Assembly: GCA_963809485.1 (NCBI GenBank)
Contig: CAWEJX010000020.1
Span: 768,001 to 832,000, forward strand
DNA: 64,000 bases
Source of the DNA: an uncultured Acidobacteriota bacterium
GTDB lineage: Bacteria > Acidobacteriota > UBA6911
Direction of reading: 5' to 3'
The notes below the pieces were generated by a model. That model ran no database searches and was not told the origin of the DNA. It saw nothing but the letters and a program-made list of their open reading frames with translations. Numbering within the stretch: the first letter of the stretch is position 1; each line of letters opens with the position of its first letter. The translations under genes were made by a program, and so were the position numbers. Below, one piece after another: positions 29,152 to 38,859 of the stretch.

Positions 29152-30420
29152 GTGAAAAGCAGACCTAATTCTGAACCGAAATCCCGGATTCCACGAAACC
29201 TTCTGGCGGTCAGCCTTGGTTCCTTCTTTACCGACATATCATCCGAGATGATGGTCCATCTGCTCCCTCTCTTTCTGACCAATGTGCTCGGCGCCAAAAC
29301 AGCGGTGGTCGGACTTATCGAGGGCGTTGCGGAAACCACAGCCAGTCTGACGAAGCTGTTTTCCGGCTGGCTGTCCGACAAGCTGGGCAAACGCAAAGGA
29401 TTGACCGTTCTGGGGTATTCGATCTCGGCAGTTGCTAAGCCGCTCTTCCTGCTGGCCACCACCTGGCCGCTGGTGCTGGTCCTTCGCTTTGCCGACCGCC
29501 TGGGGAAAGGGATTCGAACCGCCCCGCGTGACGCGCTGGTAGCGGATTCCGTTCCCATGGAAAACCGCGGCTTCGGATTCGGCCTGCACCGCGCCGCAGA
29601 TACCGCGGGAGCAACCGTTGGGCTGGCGATTGCCGCTGCCGTCGCCTATGCGGCAGGCCCGGCGGCGATCAGCCTGAGGGCCGATACTTTCCGCCATATA
29701 ATCTGGCTGAGCATCCTGCCTGCCGCGCTTGGTGTTGCAAGCCTGATCCTTCTCGCACGCGATGTTCCAGCCGCGCCCAAAGCGAAATCTGCCGCGCAAC
29801 CGGTCTCTCCGGGGCGAATGGCTCCCGGAAAGCGGCTCAGTCCGCGGATCAGAGGATTTTTCGTGGTGGCGGCGCTCTTCACTCTCGGCAACTCATCCGA
29901 TTCCTTCCTGGTCCTTCGTGCACAGGATCGCGGGCTAAGCGTATTCCATGTGATGCTCGCCATTTTTGTTTTCAATTTGGTCTATGCTATTGCGTCCACG
30001 CCGGCAGGACTGCATTCGGACAGGGTCGGGCGCAGCAAAGTACTGGTTTACGGCTGGTTGACTTACGGGCTGGTGTATCTCGGATTCGCCATGGCTTTTG
30101 CCTCCTGGCACATATGGATCCTTTATGCGCTTTACGGGCTGTACTATGCGATGGTTGAGGGGACCGCCCGCGCCTATGTAGCCGATCTCTCCCCGGCGGA
30201 AAGCCGCGGCACAGCCTATGGAATTTACAATGCTTCGGTCGGAATCATGGCGTTTCCGGCTTCCCTCATCGGCGGCATATTGTGGCAGGGAGCTTTCGGC
30301 TGGCCGGGATTGGGCGCGCGCGCTCCTTTCCTGTTCGGTTCGGGGATGGCAATCGTGGCTGTTTTGCTTCTGACCTTCTGGCTGCCTCGATTGCCCGTAG
30401 AGCAGCCCAGGAAGGGATAG
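29152..30420 (+). CDS. MFS transporter
   Basis: GWLSDKLGKRK motif A, RTAPRDAL, GLHRAADTAG; about 12 TM segments. Confidence 0.92.
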   Translation: MKSRPNSEPKSRIPRNLLAVSLGSFFTDISSEMMVHLLPLFLTNVLGAKTAVVGLIEGVAETTASLTKLFSGWLSDKLGKRKGLTVLGYSISAVAKPLFLLATTWPLVLVLRFADRLGKGIRTAPRDALVADSVPMENRGFGFGLHRAADTAGATVGLAIAAAVAYAAGPAAISLRADTFRHIIWLSILPAALGVASLILLARDVPAAPKAKSAAQPVSPGRMAPGKRLSPRIRGFFVVAALFTLGNSSDSFLVLRAQDRGLSVFHVMLAIFVFNLVYAIASTPAGLHSDRVGRSKVLVYGWLTYGLVYLGFAMAFASWHIWILYALYGLYYAMVEGTARAYVADLSPAESRGTAYGIYNASVGIMAFPASLIGGILWQGAFGWPGLGARAPFLFGSGMAIVAVLLLTFWLPRLPVEQPRKG

Positions 30421-30523
30421 CCCCGCTCGGTTTTCACTGAGTTTCGGCTTCGGCAGGTGATAAAGCAGTATTGTTTATCGGGCAGGCTGTGAATCCCTTT
30501 GGATATAGTGCTCGGGAGTTACT

Positions 30524-31762
30524 ATGCTACTAATCGACAGTTTCATTCATCGAACCTCCCTGTCTGAATTGATTGCCCGTTGGATGATCGGCAGGATTGC
30601 GCCAGGCGACGTAATGCGGCTGAAAAGCATCATCAATTTTAACGGTTATATCGCGAGGCTCTGGATCGACTGGTTTGCCCGCGACCTGCTGGAGAGATTC
30701 CACGGGGTTGTGCCCGTGCGCCTTCCAGTAAGCACCAAGGGGCAGCTCAAAGATTTTGCGATTTCGCATCCCCGGTACACAACAGCGCGAATCGAGCAGA
30801 TGAGGCTCGCATACGGCCGATTCCCGGAGGATTACTATCGGGACACTCCGATCGATGGTGTGCTCTATGCCGCAGCATTTGGGGACAGGCAGGAGTTCGT
30901 CGGCTCTTCCCGCATAAAGCGGTTCCGCAGGATCGCCGAGAAGGGATCGCGAAGGATCGTCGACTTCATGCTGGACCGCATCCGCGCCAACGCCGATCTC
31001 CTGGCCGATGAGCGCGCGCACAGTCTCGGCATATCCAGGGATCAACTCATTACCTCTCCCGAGATGATGGCCGAGGAGTTCAGTCACGCGGAGAGGCGCA
31101 TTCTGAAAAGCATCAAGAATGGAGCATTCCGGCCCGATCCGCTCTCGCTGTCGATCCCGGATGTGGCAGGCGTAAAAATTATCGTCGAGCCCCCGGAGCA
31201 CGAACGCTTCCGCGAGCTTGTCATCCGGATGCCGGGCATTGCAATCACGGAAGAAGAGCGCCATGCCGGCGACTACAACGCCACCAATTTTAGGCTCATC
31301 TATTCCTTGCCAAAGGAGCGGCTGCTCGCCGAACCGTTGAGTGACGCGTATTTGCGCGTGCTTGCATACCGCGGTTTCGACAAAGCCGAAGTGAGCCATC
31401 AATACCGGGATTTTATCGAAAAGGGCGAGAACGAAGTAGGCTTCGAAATGATTGTCGCAAACTACCAGGAGTTCCTCGAGTCCGAGATCGGACAAAGCAT
31501 GCATGAGGAGCGGATCCAGGCGCAAAGATCCCACCGCGATTACAACGGCCACCTGGCGACCAATATCCGGTTTTTGATGGAATTTATGCTGTCTCTGTGC
31601 CGCTCTCCCTGGTGCACGGACCTGGAGGAGGTACCGGTCAAACTATGGGTGAAATATATGCCCGATTCCATAGAACGCGCCAAGCGCAAACTGTATTTCC
31701 CGGAAGAATACTTTTACGATACGGCGGATTGGGTGTGGGGAACGGAAACCGGAAAAGGGTAA
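30524..31762 (+). CDS. Hypothetical protein with RelA/SpoT synthetase-like motifs
   Basis: RIKRFRRIAEK, DVAGVKII, DYNATN and FEMIV...ESEIG..MHE appear in RSH Syn1-4 order; GGGAG RBS. Confidence 0.7.
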   Translation: MLLIDSFIHRTSLSELIARWMIGRIAPGDVMRLKSIINFNGYIARLWIDWFARDLLERFHGVVPVRLPVSTKGQLKDFAISHPRYTTARIEQMRLAYGRFPEDYYRDTPIDGVLYAAAFGDRQEFVGSSRIKRFRRIAEKGSRRIVDFMLDRIRANADLLADERAHSLGISRDQLITSPEMMAEEFSHAERRILKSIKNGAFRPDPLSLSIPDVAGVKIIVEPPEHERFRELVIRMPGIAITEEERHAGDYNATNFRLIYSLPKERLLAEPLSDAYLRVLAYRGFDKAEVSHQYRDFIEKGENEVGFEMIVANYQEFLESEIGQSMHEERIQAQRSHRDYNGHLATNIRFLMEFMLSLCRSPWCTDLEEVPVKLWVKYMPDSIERAKRKLYFPEEYFYDTADWVWGTETGKG

Positions 31763-31830
31763 AGTACAGAAGCCGGGCTGATTCCTACACGGACATGCAT
31801 TAACTCAAAGCCTCAAAGGCTCAACGGTTT

Positions 31831-32970
31831 TTAGTAGCAGAGGTATTCGTTCGCCTTCATGAGACGGATTCCGGCCTTCCCGATCTCCCGGAGACTCCGA
31901 ATTCTTGTGTTTTTTCGCTGTTCCAGGATCCTGCCTACGGTAATCTCACCCAGGCCGGGAACCCTCAAGAGCTGGTTTTTGGCAGCTTTGTTGATATTGA
32001 CGGGGAAATATTCGGGGTGCCGTTTTGCCCAGTGCTCTTTCGGATCGACTTCGAGAGAGAGAAAGCCGGTTTCATCGAAACAAATATCCGATTCGCTAAA
32101 CCCATACTTGCGCATAAGAAAATCAACCTGATACAAGCGATGCTCCCGCATGAAAGCATCCCCCGGGCCGGTTTGCATCTGCCGCCCGCGATCGACGGAG
32201 GCGGCGCCGAGGCCTTTCTGGTAGGCGCTGAAATATATTCTATTGAGGTTCAGACGATCGTAGAGCCCCCACATATATTTGACGATTTCTGAATCGGTCT
32301 CTTCCGCGGCGCCGACAACAAACTGGGTGGTCTGTTTGACGTGCGCGTATCTGCTGCCCCGGGCAGTTAGGCGGCTGATCAGCTTGATGGGTCCGACAAT
32401 ATCTTCGATGAAATTTTTCCTGCTCGACAGCCTGGCCAGGTGTTTTGCCCCGGGTGTTTCAATGTTCAGCGACACAGCGGTCGAGAGCGAAACCGCCTCC
32501 TCGATCGCATTGGCGCTGGCGCCGGGGATGATCTTTAAATGGATATAGCCGCGGAAATCGCGCCGGTACCGGAGAATCCGTGCGATGCGGTTTAGCCGTT
32601 CCATCGTTGCGTCCGGTGTTCCGACGACGCCCGAGGTAAGGAAAAGGCCGAAAACCTCGCGGCGGTTGAAATAGTCGAGAAAAGTGTTAACGGTCTCCTC
32701 CTCGCTGAGCGTGCACCGGCGGAAGTCCTGGTCCGCCCTCAAAGGGCAGTATCTGCAGTCGTTGGAGCAGACATTGGAGATCAGGGTCTTGAATAGGACG
32801 CTGCTGCCCCCGCTGGGCAGCGTTACCGGATAGATCCATTTTTCCTGGGCACCGCGTGTCCGGTGCTCGTTTTCCCTTGTGCCGCAAGCGCAGGCCAGGT
32901 CGTATTGAGCGTCAGCGCTCAGGATCTCAAGTTTTTGCTGGGTGTCAGGCACACGGATTACGGCAGTCAT
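31831..32970 (-). CDS. Putative DNA modification/repair radical SAM protein with HhH motif (TIGR03916-like)
   Basis: KLEILSADAQYDLAC, CSNDCRYC, GLFLTSGV, YIHLKIIPGA, REHRLYQVDFL, LLRVPGLG. Confidence 0.9.
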   Translation of the reverse strand: MTAVIRVPDTQQKLEILSADAQYDLACACGTRENEHRTRGAQEKWIYPVTLPSGGSSVLFKTLISNVCSNDCRYCPLRADQDFRRCTLSEEETVNTFLDYFNRREVFGLFLTSGVVGTPDATMERLNRIARILRYRRDFRGYIHLKIIPGASANAIEEAVSLSTAVSLNIETPGAKHLARLSSRKNFIEDIVGPIKLISRLTARGSRYAHVKQTTQFVVGAAEETDSEIVKYMWGLYDRLNLNRIYFSAYQKGLGAASVDRGRQMQTGPGDAFMREHRLYQVDFLMRKYGFSESDICFDETGFLSLEVDPKEHWAKRHPEYFPVNINKAAKNQLLRVPGLGEITVGRILEQRKNTRIRSLREIGKAGIRLMKANEYLCY

Positions 32971-33326
32971 CCATCCCCTTCCATGATTTACTGATATATA
33001 CAATGTTTATTCGTCAGGAGGAAACCCTTTTCGTGATTCCGAGCGTCACAGAAAGCGAAAAGAAGGGCCCAACGCCGCTGCCGGCGGGCAGCGACATCAT
33101 CGGTTAAGGACCTCCATTCACAGGCCGCGCCTGGCGCCCGGGGTATGTAGCCTGAACCGAAATGGCATCCTTCGCCGCCGCAGCAGGAATCCCGCACAAT
33201 ATGATCGGACTAGTGTCTAGCATTTGTGGCCTTGTTATTGTTAAATAGCATTGCGTATGGGCCGTAATTTCGGTTTTGGGAGAGGCAATAGAAACACATA
33301 GGGAACAATTGACGGGGGTTCGCGAA

Positions 33327-33746
33327 ATGGCTGAAACGAAATACGGGAAATACATCGTCACGGATTTAAACAAGGTGCCGGATGCGCTGGGTACCCGCGT
33401 GTACTGCCTGCACGGCGGCGTATTTGAGGGCGCTCCCTATGTGGACTGCGCCTGGTTCTGGCCGCAATCTCGCGAAGTGGTGGTGGTGGACAAGGGGCAT
33501 TCCCATGATTTCGGGGAAGTGGTGACCTTTTTCGGCTCCAACCCTGAGGATCCCACAGACCTTGGCGGTGAGATCGAGTTCTGGCTGGAAGACGAGCCGC
33601 ACACGATAACCAGAAGCTGCGTCATCTTCGTTCCCAAGGGCATCAAACACTGTCCGCTGATTTTGAAGAAGGTGAACCGGCCGATTTTTCATTTCGCCAC
33701 GGCTACCGACAAGAATTACCGGGGGCCGCAGGAAATGGAACAATAG
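33327..33746 (+). CDS. Cupin-like protein (HxH...E...HCP family)
   Basis: KYGKYIV; GHSHDFGEVVTFFGSNPEDPTDLGGEIE...FVPKGIKHCP. Confidence 0.85.
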   Translation: MAETKYGKYIVTDLNKVPDALGTRVYCLHGGVFEGAPYVDCAWFWPQSREVVVVDKGHSHDFGEVVTFFGSNPEDPTDLGGEIEFWLEDEPHTITRSCVIFVPKGIKHCPLILKKVNRPIFHFATATDKNYRGPQEMEQ

Positions 33747-33897
33747 GTCGCCTGCCGGCGATGCAGGGCGAAGAGGCCGCCGGAACGACGCCGGCCTAGC
33801 CGTCGGAGCCCTGCCGCCCGGCGCATCCGGCAGTTATAGGAAATAGCATCCGTGGCATGCCGGATGGCGGGATGACGGGCAATCGCCCGGCCGGACC

Positions 33898-34413
33898 ATG
33901 TCCCTCGAGATTGACTCCATGCGATATCTGAAGGATCTGCTTTTTACGGAAACGCACCTGATCCGGGGCCATGCAAACACGGGCGACCGCAGGCTCTCGA
34001 CCTTTCTGAACATGACCCGCAAATATTTCCTGGAAATGGAGGAAGCGACCCTCATCCGGCATGACGGAGGCGGCACCCTCCAGGCCGGGTGGATGCTGGT
34101 GCGATTGGACGACATCCTTCTTGCTCACGAAATGGAGGTAACGGGCGACGAAGGATTGAGACTTCTCGGAAAAAATGCGGGCAGCGAAATCGACATCACC
34201 GCCCATTTCAACGGGCGGCTCCCGCTCCAGCTTTCGGGAAAGGTGCGCAAGCGGGCCATCGATTCAGATGCGGTGCGAGGCCACAATTTTTTTGTGGTGG
34301 TAGATCCTGTGCTCCGGGGATTCACGGCCAATCCGTCCCGCGAATATGCCATTTTCAATAAACTGCCCTACCTGATCGCAAACCGGAACCGCATTGCATT
34401 CATCCTCGGGTAG
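33898..34413 (+). CDS. Hypothetical protein with two small beta domains
   Basis: Clean ORF; IRGHANTGDRRLSTFLN...; a second similar-sized unit at the C-terminus. Confidence 0.7.
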   Translation: MSLEIDSMRYLKDLLFTETHLIRGHANTGDRRLSTFLNMTRKYFLEMEEATLIRHDGGGTLQAGWMLVRLDDILLAHEMEVTGDEGLRLLGKNAGSEIDITAHFNGRLPLQLSGKVRKRAIDSDAVRGHNFFVVVDPVLRGFTANPSREYAIFNKLPYLIANRNRIAFILG

Positions 34414-34452
34414 TTCATCAGCCTGTCCGCTCCGCTGAATATGTTGCCGGGG

Positions 34453-34680
34453 AGTCAGGCACCTCCGGCAAAGCCCGAGGCTTGAAAGATTTGAACCGCT
34501 CAAAGCGATTGGAGGAGTTACGCCGGTCTTGAACGCTGACTTACGCGGGCAAAAGCCGATGAGGCGCTTCCGATCCCCGCAGGGGCCAGCGCTTTTATCA
34601 GCATTTCTCAGCGTTTCAAAATGCGGAGCTGTCAAACTCTTTGAGTCCCCCGGCAGAGCCGGGGTTTACCAATGTAATTA
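34453..34680. mobile_element. Palindromic element copy 3 (internal deletion between CAGCGCT microhomologies)
   Basis: Both ends retained; core removed; terminal TTA coincides with the MFS gene stop codon. Confidence 0.85.
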
Positions 34681-36066
34681 CGGCTTGCCGTAAGCAGTTT
34701 TGAAATCTTTGCCCAGCCAGCCTTTGGCAAGAATCAGTAGAATCGTCGAGAGGATGGCGATGCAGCCGTAAATGAACCACATCGTCTCGGTGTTGATCGG
34801 GCCCTCCCTGGGGCAATAGCGGGTGAGGAACCAGCCGGAGTAGAGGCTGGTGATCACCTTGGTCAGGAACCAGGGGAACTGCGCCACACCCATATATGCG
34901 CCCGTCCGTCCTTCGGGGGCGATCTCGGCGGCATACTGCAGGAAGCGCGGCTGCCACATCGCTTCACCCAGGGTCGACAGGACCAGGAAACCCAGCAAGG
35001 CCCAGAAAGTCGGGCCGATGGCCAGAAGAAAAGTCGGCACGGCCATGACCGCTGTCCCGGCAATCATCATGTTGTACACCTTCCGCTTCTGTGAGATCGC
35101 CGCGACCACAGGCACAAGGACGAATATCAGGATCGGGTTGAAATTGGTCGCCGCCTCGAAGTGGTCGCCGATCCATGTGCCTCGATAGGCCCTCTCGACG
35201 TACATCGGAATAGTCAGCCAGTTGTGCGCAAACAGCGTCTGCACCGGAATGAGGGCAAAAATGAAGAAGGCAAACTTCGGATCGGCAAGAGGGTGATTTT
35301 TGAGCCACTCCATGATTGAGAATCGCTCCCCGGACTTCGCTTCCTCCGCGGCCGTCCTCTCAACAGACCCGCCGGCCTCGGCGCGCGCGCCGGCAATCGC
35401 CTTCTCCACGGTGCTCCTGGAAAGGATTGCGAAAAGCAGGAGAACACCGAGCACTGTGAAGCCTGAATACACCCAGTAGGCGCCGGAGATTCCGATCGTC
35501 TTTCTGATTGGCGTAAAGAATGTCGGTAGCCAGCCGCCGAGGTTCATGAGGGCATACAGCATGGCATATCCCATGCCCGCCGTCTCGGGTCCGGTGAACT
35601 GCCGGACCGCCGCGTACGCCGCAGGCTGATACATGCCGTAACCGAGAATGACCAACAGCAGCGCCATGAGCGAGAAGTAGAAGAGCGGCGACCACAGGGC
35701 GCCGGCCAGCCCGAGGGATGGGCCGGCCGCCAGCACTATGCGTCCTGCGACCATCAGAATCATGGACACGATGAGAGCCTTGCGCACTCCCCATTTGTCG
35801 GCGCGCCCGCCGAAGAAGAACATTGAGAGGGTAATGCCCCAGGTCAGCACGCCGACCATCGGCCCGGCCTGAGTGTCCGACAGCCCGACGTATTCGTTAA
35901 AGTACATCGCCAGGTAGCCGAGCACACCGAAGTAGCAGAATCCCTCGAGCAGGTAGGAGACGTTCACGCCCCACAGAGCGCGGGGCGCGTGCACCACGTC
36001 GATGAAGGGCTGAACGATTTCCCGAAGAGGATGGTTTTTATGTTCCGGCTTATTCGCTTCCGCCAT
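34678..36066 (-). CDS. MFS transporter (POT/peptide-transporter-like)
   Basis: YLLEGFCYFG, GGRADKWGVR, YALMNLG, EAATNFNP; multiple TM segments. Confidence 0.88.
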   Translation of the reverse strand: MAEANKPEHKNHPLREIVQPFIDVVHAPRALWGVNVSYLLEGFCYFGVLGYLAMYFNEYVGLSDTQAGPMVGVLTWGITLSMFFFGGRADKWGVRKALIVSMILMVAGRIVLAAGPSLGLAGALWSPLFYFSLMALLLVILGYGMYQPAAYAAVRQFTGPETAGMGYAMLYALMNLGGWLPTFFTPIRKTIGISGAYWVYSGFTVLGVLLLFAILSRSTVEKAIAGARAEAGGSVERTAAEEAKSGERFSIMEWLKNHPLADPKFAFFIFALIPVQTLFAHNWLTIPMYVERAYRGTWIGDHFEAATNFNPILIFVLVPVVAAISQKRKVYNMMIAGTAVMAVPTFLLAIGPTFWALLGFLVLSTLGEAMWQPRFLQYAAEIAPEGRTGAYMGVAQFPWFLTKVITSLYSGWFLTRYCPREGPINTETMWFIYGCIAILSTILLILAKGWLGKDFKTAYGKP

Positions 36067-36205
36067 AAGCCTCGCTGTACCATGGAAACAGGCTGCGTCC
36101 TTCCGTGGCAGCCTGACCCGCAGGCAGCCGGCATCCGGGCCGCGCACATCCCAGATTGTATTGTGTTTTAGGAACCGGCAGGTTCATGGAGCCGCCGCAC
36201 TTGTC

Positions 36206-37036
36206 CTAATCCACCTCGCCCAGGCCCTGCCCCCCATCCACAATAATCTGTTGTCCTGTTATATAAGCTGAACAGGGGGAAGCGAGGAAGAGCGCCAGGC
36301 CGTGCATGTCTGACGGCCAACCGACACGGTGCATAGGGATCGTCCTGGCCACAGCCTTCTGTTCGACCGGATTGAGGGCGTGGCCGTCGCCGATATTTGT
36401 GATGATATAGCCGGGGGCGATCGCGTTGACCGTGATGTTGTACGCAGCAAGCTCCAGCGCGGCGTTCCGCATGAAATTGGCTATCCCCGCTTTGGCCGCC
36501 ATATAAGCAGCTCCGATGGCGGGTTCGATTCGCGTCGCGGCCAGCGAGGTCGTAATGATAATCCGTCCCGATTTCCGGGGTTTCATGTGGCGCACGGCCG
36601 CCCGAACCGTCGCAAAGATACCGTTCATATTCACGTCGATCACCCGGTTCCATCGCACGTCGGTGTAATTCTCGAGAGCGCCCTGAGGGACGCGGGGCCT
36701 TTCCGTTCCTGCCCAGCCGCCTATAAAGCCGACCCCGGGATCGATGCCGGCATTCGCGAACATAACATCCAGCCGTCCATACAGACCGGCTGCTTCGTCG
36801 ACCGCAGCGTCCAGTGCCTTGTGATCGGTGACATCGACGACTTTACCGCGAACATCAAGTCCGGCGTCATGAAGCCGCCGGGTTTCGTTCTCGACTCGCT
36901 GATCGTGGATGTCCAGGATTGTCACCTTTGCCGCATTCGAGGCGAGAGCCTCGGCATAGCCCAGGCCGATCCCGCTAGCCCCGCCGGTAACGATTACGCC
37001 ATATCCCTCGACATTGAAAAGATTCGATATCTTCAC
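36206..37036 (-). CDS. Short-chain dehydrogenase/reductase
   Basis: TGGASGIG, NAG, YMAAK, NAIAPG, VDGG; GGAGG RBS with GTG start. Confidence 0.95.
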   Translation of the reverse strand: MKISNLFNVEGYGVIVTGGASGIGLGYAEALASNAAKVTILDIHDQRVENETRRLHDAGLDVRGKVVDVTDHKALDAAVDEAAGLYGRLDVMFANAGIDPGVGFIGGWAGTERPRVPQGALENYTDVRWNRVIDVNMNGIFATVRAAVRHMKPRKSGRIIITTSLAATRIEPAIGAAYMAAKAGIANFMRNAALELAAYNITVNAIAPGYIITNIGDGHALNPVEQKAVARTIPMHRVGWPSDMHGLALFLASPCSAYITGQQIIVDGGQGLGEVD

Positions 37037-37217
37037 AGTTGCATCCTCCGTCGATAACTGACTTGCCGGGAATTATGAGTATACGGATCGGGCGGCACAA
37101 CGCTTATTTCAGGGATGCTGAAAATGGCGCAATGCGGCGGTTCCGTTTGCAATCCATAGCCCGTCTTTTGCCTCTGAGACCAGCTTCGTGCTTCAGTCGC
37201 TGCCCGGAGCTGCCCGA

Positions 37218-38153
37218 TCAGGCCTTCGCCCCGGAAGCCAGTGGCGGTATCCTGTCCTCGCAAGGCAAACCGGTAGAACAGCGACCGCAGGCCGGTGCGG
37301 GGCCGACCAGTTCCCTGGCCAATCCCAGGCTTTCCACCCTGTTTCCCTGTTCATCGCGCAAATTCTTCAGGCATGCAATATTGTTACGGCCGTCTTTGCT
37401 TATTGCCGAACCGGTGCAGTGATCGATGCAGGCGCCGCACGATCCATCCTGGAAAAACGGGCAGTTGGCGAAGGGACCCGCATAGCGCGGCGTTGGAGTC
37501 AATTCCCTGTCGCATACCACGCTGCTCAGGTAAACCGCACAGCCGCGAGGCGTAATCATAAGGCCATTGAGACCGAAGGTTCCCAAACCGCAGGAATAGG
37601 CGATGTGTCTCTCCGACCAGTTAGCAGCCATCCAGCCTCCGGACATTTCCTTTATCTCGAAAAACCTCGACCGCGTCGGTGCTACGGCATTGCACCTCAA
37701 CACCTCCAGCAGCGAGGCAACATACTGCTCCAGACACTCATAGAGCCTTACGCCTATCCACCGGGAGTGATTGTAGCGCGGAGAACCGCCATAGGGAGAG
37801 GAACGCTCATGGAGACGGACCTCATAGCTAAGCGGCAGGGCCCAGGAAATGACGCCGATCTTGTCGATCTTGCGCGTGGGATTGAACCGCCATCTCTTGC
37901 TTTCAACATACTTTTCCATGATCTCGCGGGGTGTCAGATGGAATTCGCCGATGACGGCTTTCAAGTCCCGGAACACCGCGTCATCCCCGTCGGCAAAAGC
38001 CACGATCGGCTCATCGATTATGGGCAGGTTATCGAAAGCCGTAAGGTGGTTGAGAGGGCTGGCGCGAATATATTCCTTGATGGCATTTTCAATAAACCGG
38101 CAGGGATCAGCCTGAAACAGCCTGGTATCCAATTCTCCGACCTGTTGAGTCAT
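37218..38153 (-). CDS. Epoxyqueuosine reductase (QueG)-like Fe-S protein
   Basis: WSERHIAYSCGLGTFGLN, CGACIDHC, CGRCSTGLPCE. Confidence 0.85.
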   Translation of the reverse strand: MTQQVGELDTRLFQADPCRFIENAIKEYIRASPLNHLTAFDNLPIIDEPIVAFADGDDAVFRDLKAVIGEFHLTPREIMEKYVESKRWRFNPTRKIDKIGVISWALPLSYEVRLHERSSPYGGSPRYNHSRWIGVRLYECLEQYVASLLEVLRCNAVAPTRSRFFEIKEMSGGWMAANWSERHIAYSCGLGTFGLNGLMITPRGCAVYLSSVVCDRELTPTPRYAGPFANCPFFQDGSCGACIDHCTGSAISKDGRNNIACLKNLRDEQGNRVESLGLARELVGPAPACGRCSTGLPCEDRIPPLASGAKA

Positions 38154-38437
38154 GTGTTCACCTCATTGCTGATTTTGCACAGTCTATCACCGGCATGAAC
38201 CAGCTTCACCTAACTTTTCCATTTTGCCTTCCCGGGTACTTGGCATTTGAAGAAATTCCGCTTGCCTTTCAGAAAGGAATGGCGGCGATCCGCCTTTTCC
38301 ACCGCCTGCGGGCGGACGTAATATGATGTTTACATTCCTATTGCGTGTGTTCTAGGCTTGCGGCATCAATCGGTGCAATCGCCCGGCCGTGCAGCATGGA
38401 ACAACCTGCATCCGGGAAGCTGGATTTTCTGTTCCGG

Positions 38438-38829
38438 AGTCAGGTGCCTCGGGCAAAGCCGGAGGCTTGAAAGATTTGAACCGCTTCAAGCGGTTGGACT
38501 AGTTACGCCGGCTTTGAACGCTGACTTACGCGGGCAAAAGCCGATGAGGCGCTTCCGATCCCCGCAGGGGCCAGCGCTCCGCGCTGGACAGTTTTCTGCG
38601 GCGGCACTGTGGCAAGCGCCGTGCGGCAAGGAGATGAAGGGTATGAGAAACCGGGCGTTTGCCACAGTGCCGCCGCAGAAAACTCCATCGGAAGCGCCTC
38701 ATCGGCTTTTGCTCGCCGACCCCTCGCCGAACAAATCGGCGTTTGTCAGCGCTTTTATCAGCGTTTCTCAGCGTTTCAAAATACGGAACTGTCAAACTCT
38801 TTGAGTGCCCCGGCAAAACCGGGGTTTTG
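38438..38829. mobile_element. Palindromic element copy 4 (near full length, right tip diverged)
   Basis: Same nested inverted repeats; lacks the terminal AATGTAATTA. Confidence 0.85.
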
Positions 38830-38859
38830 CTTCAACAAAATTCAAAAGGATGGGCAAAG

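Noticed and set aside
33223-33242. Sigma54-like TGGC...TTGT upstream of the cupin gene
   Set aside because: Lacks the invariant -12 GC dinucleotide
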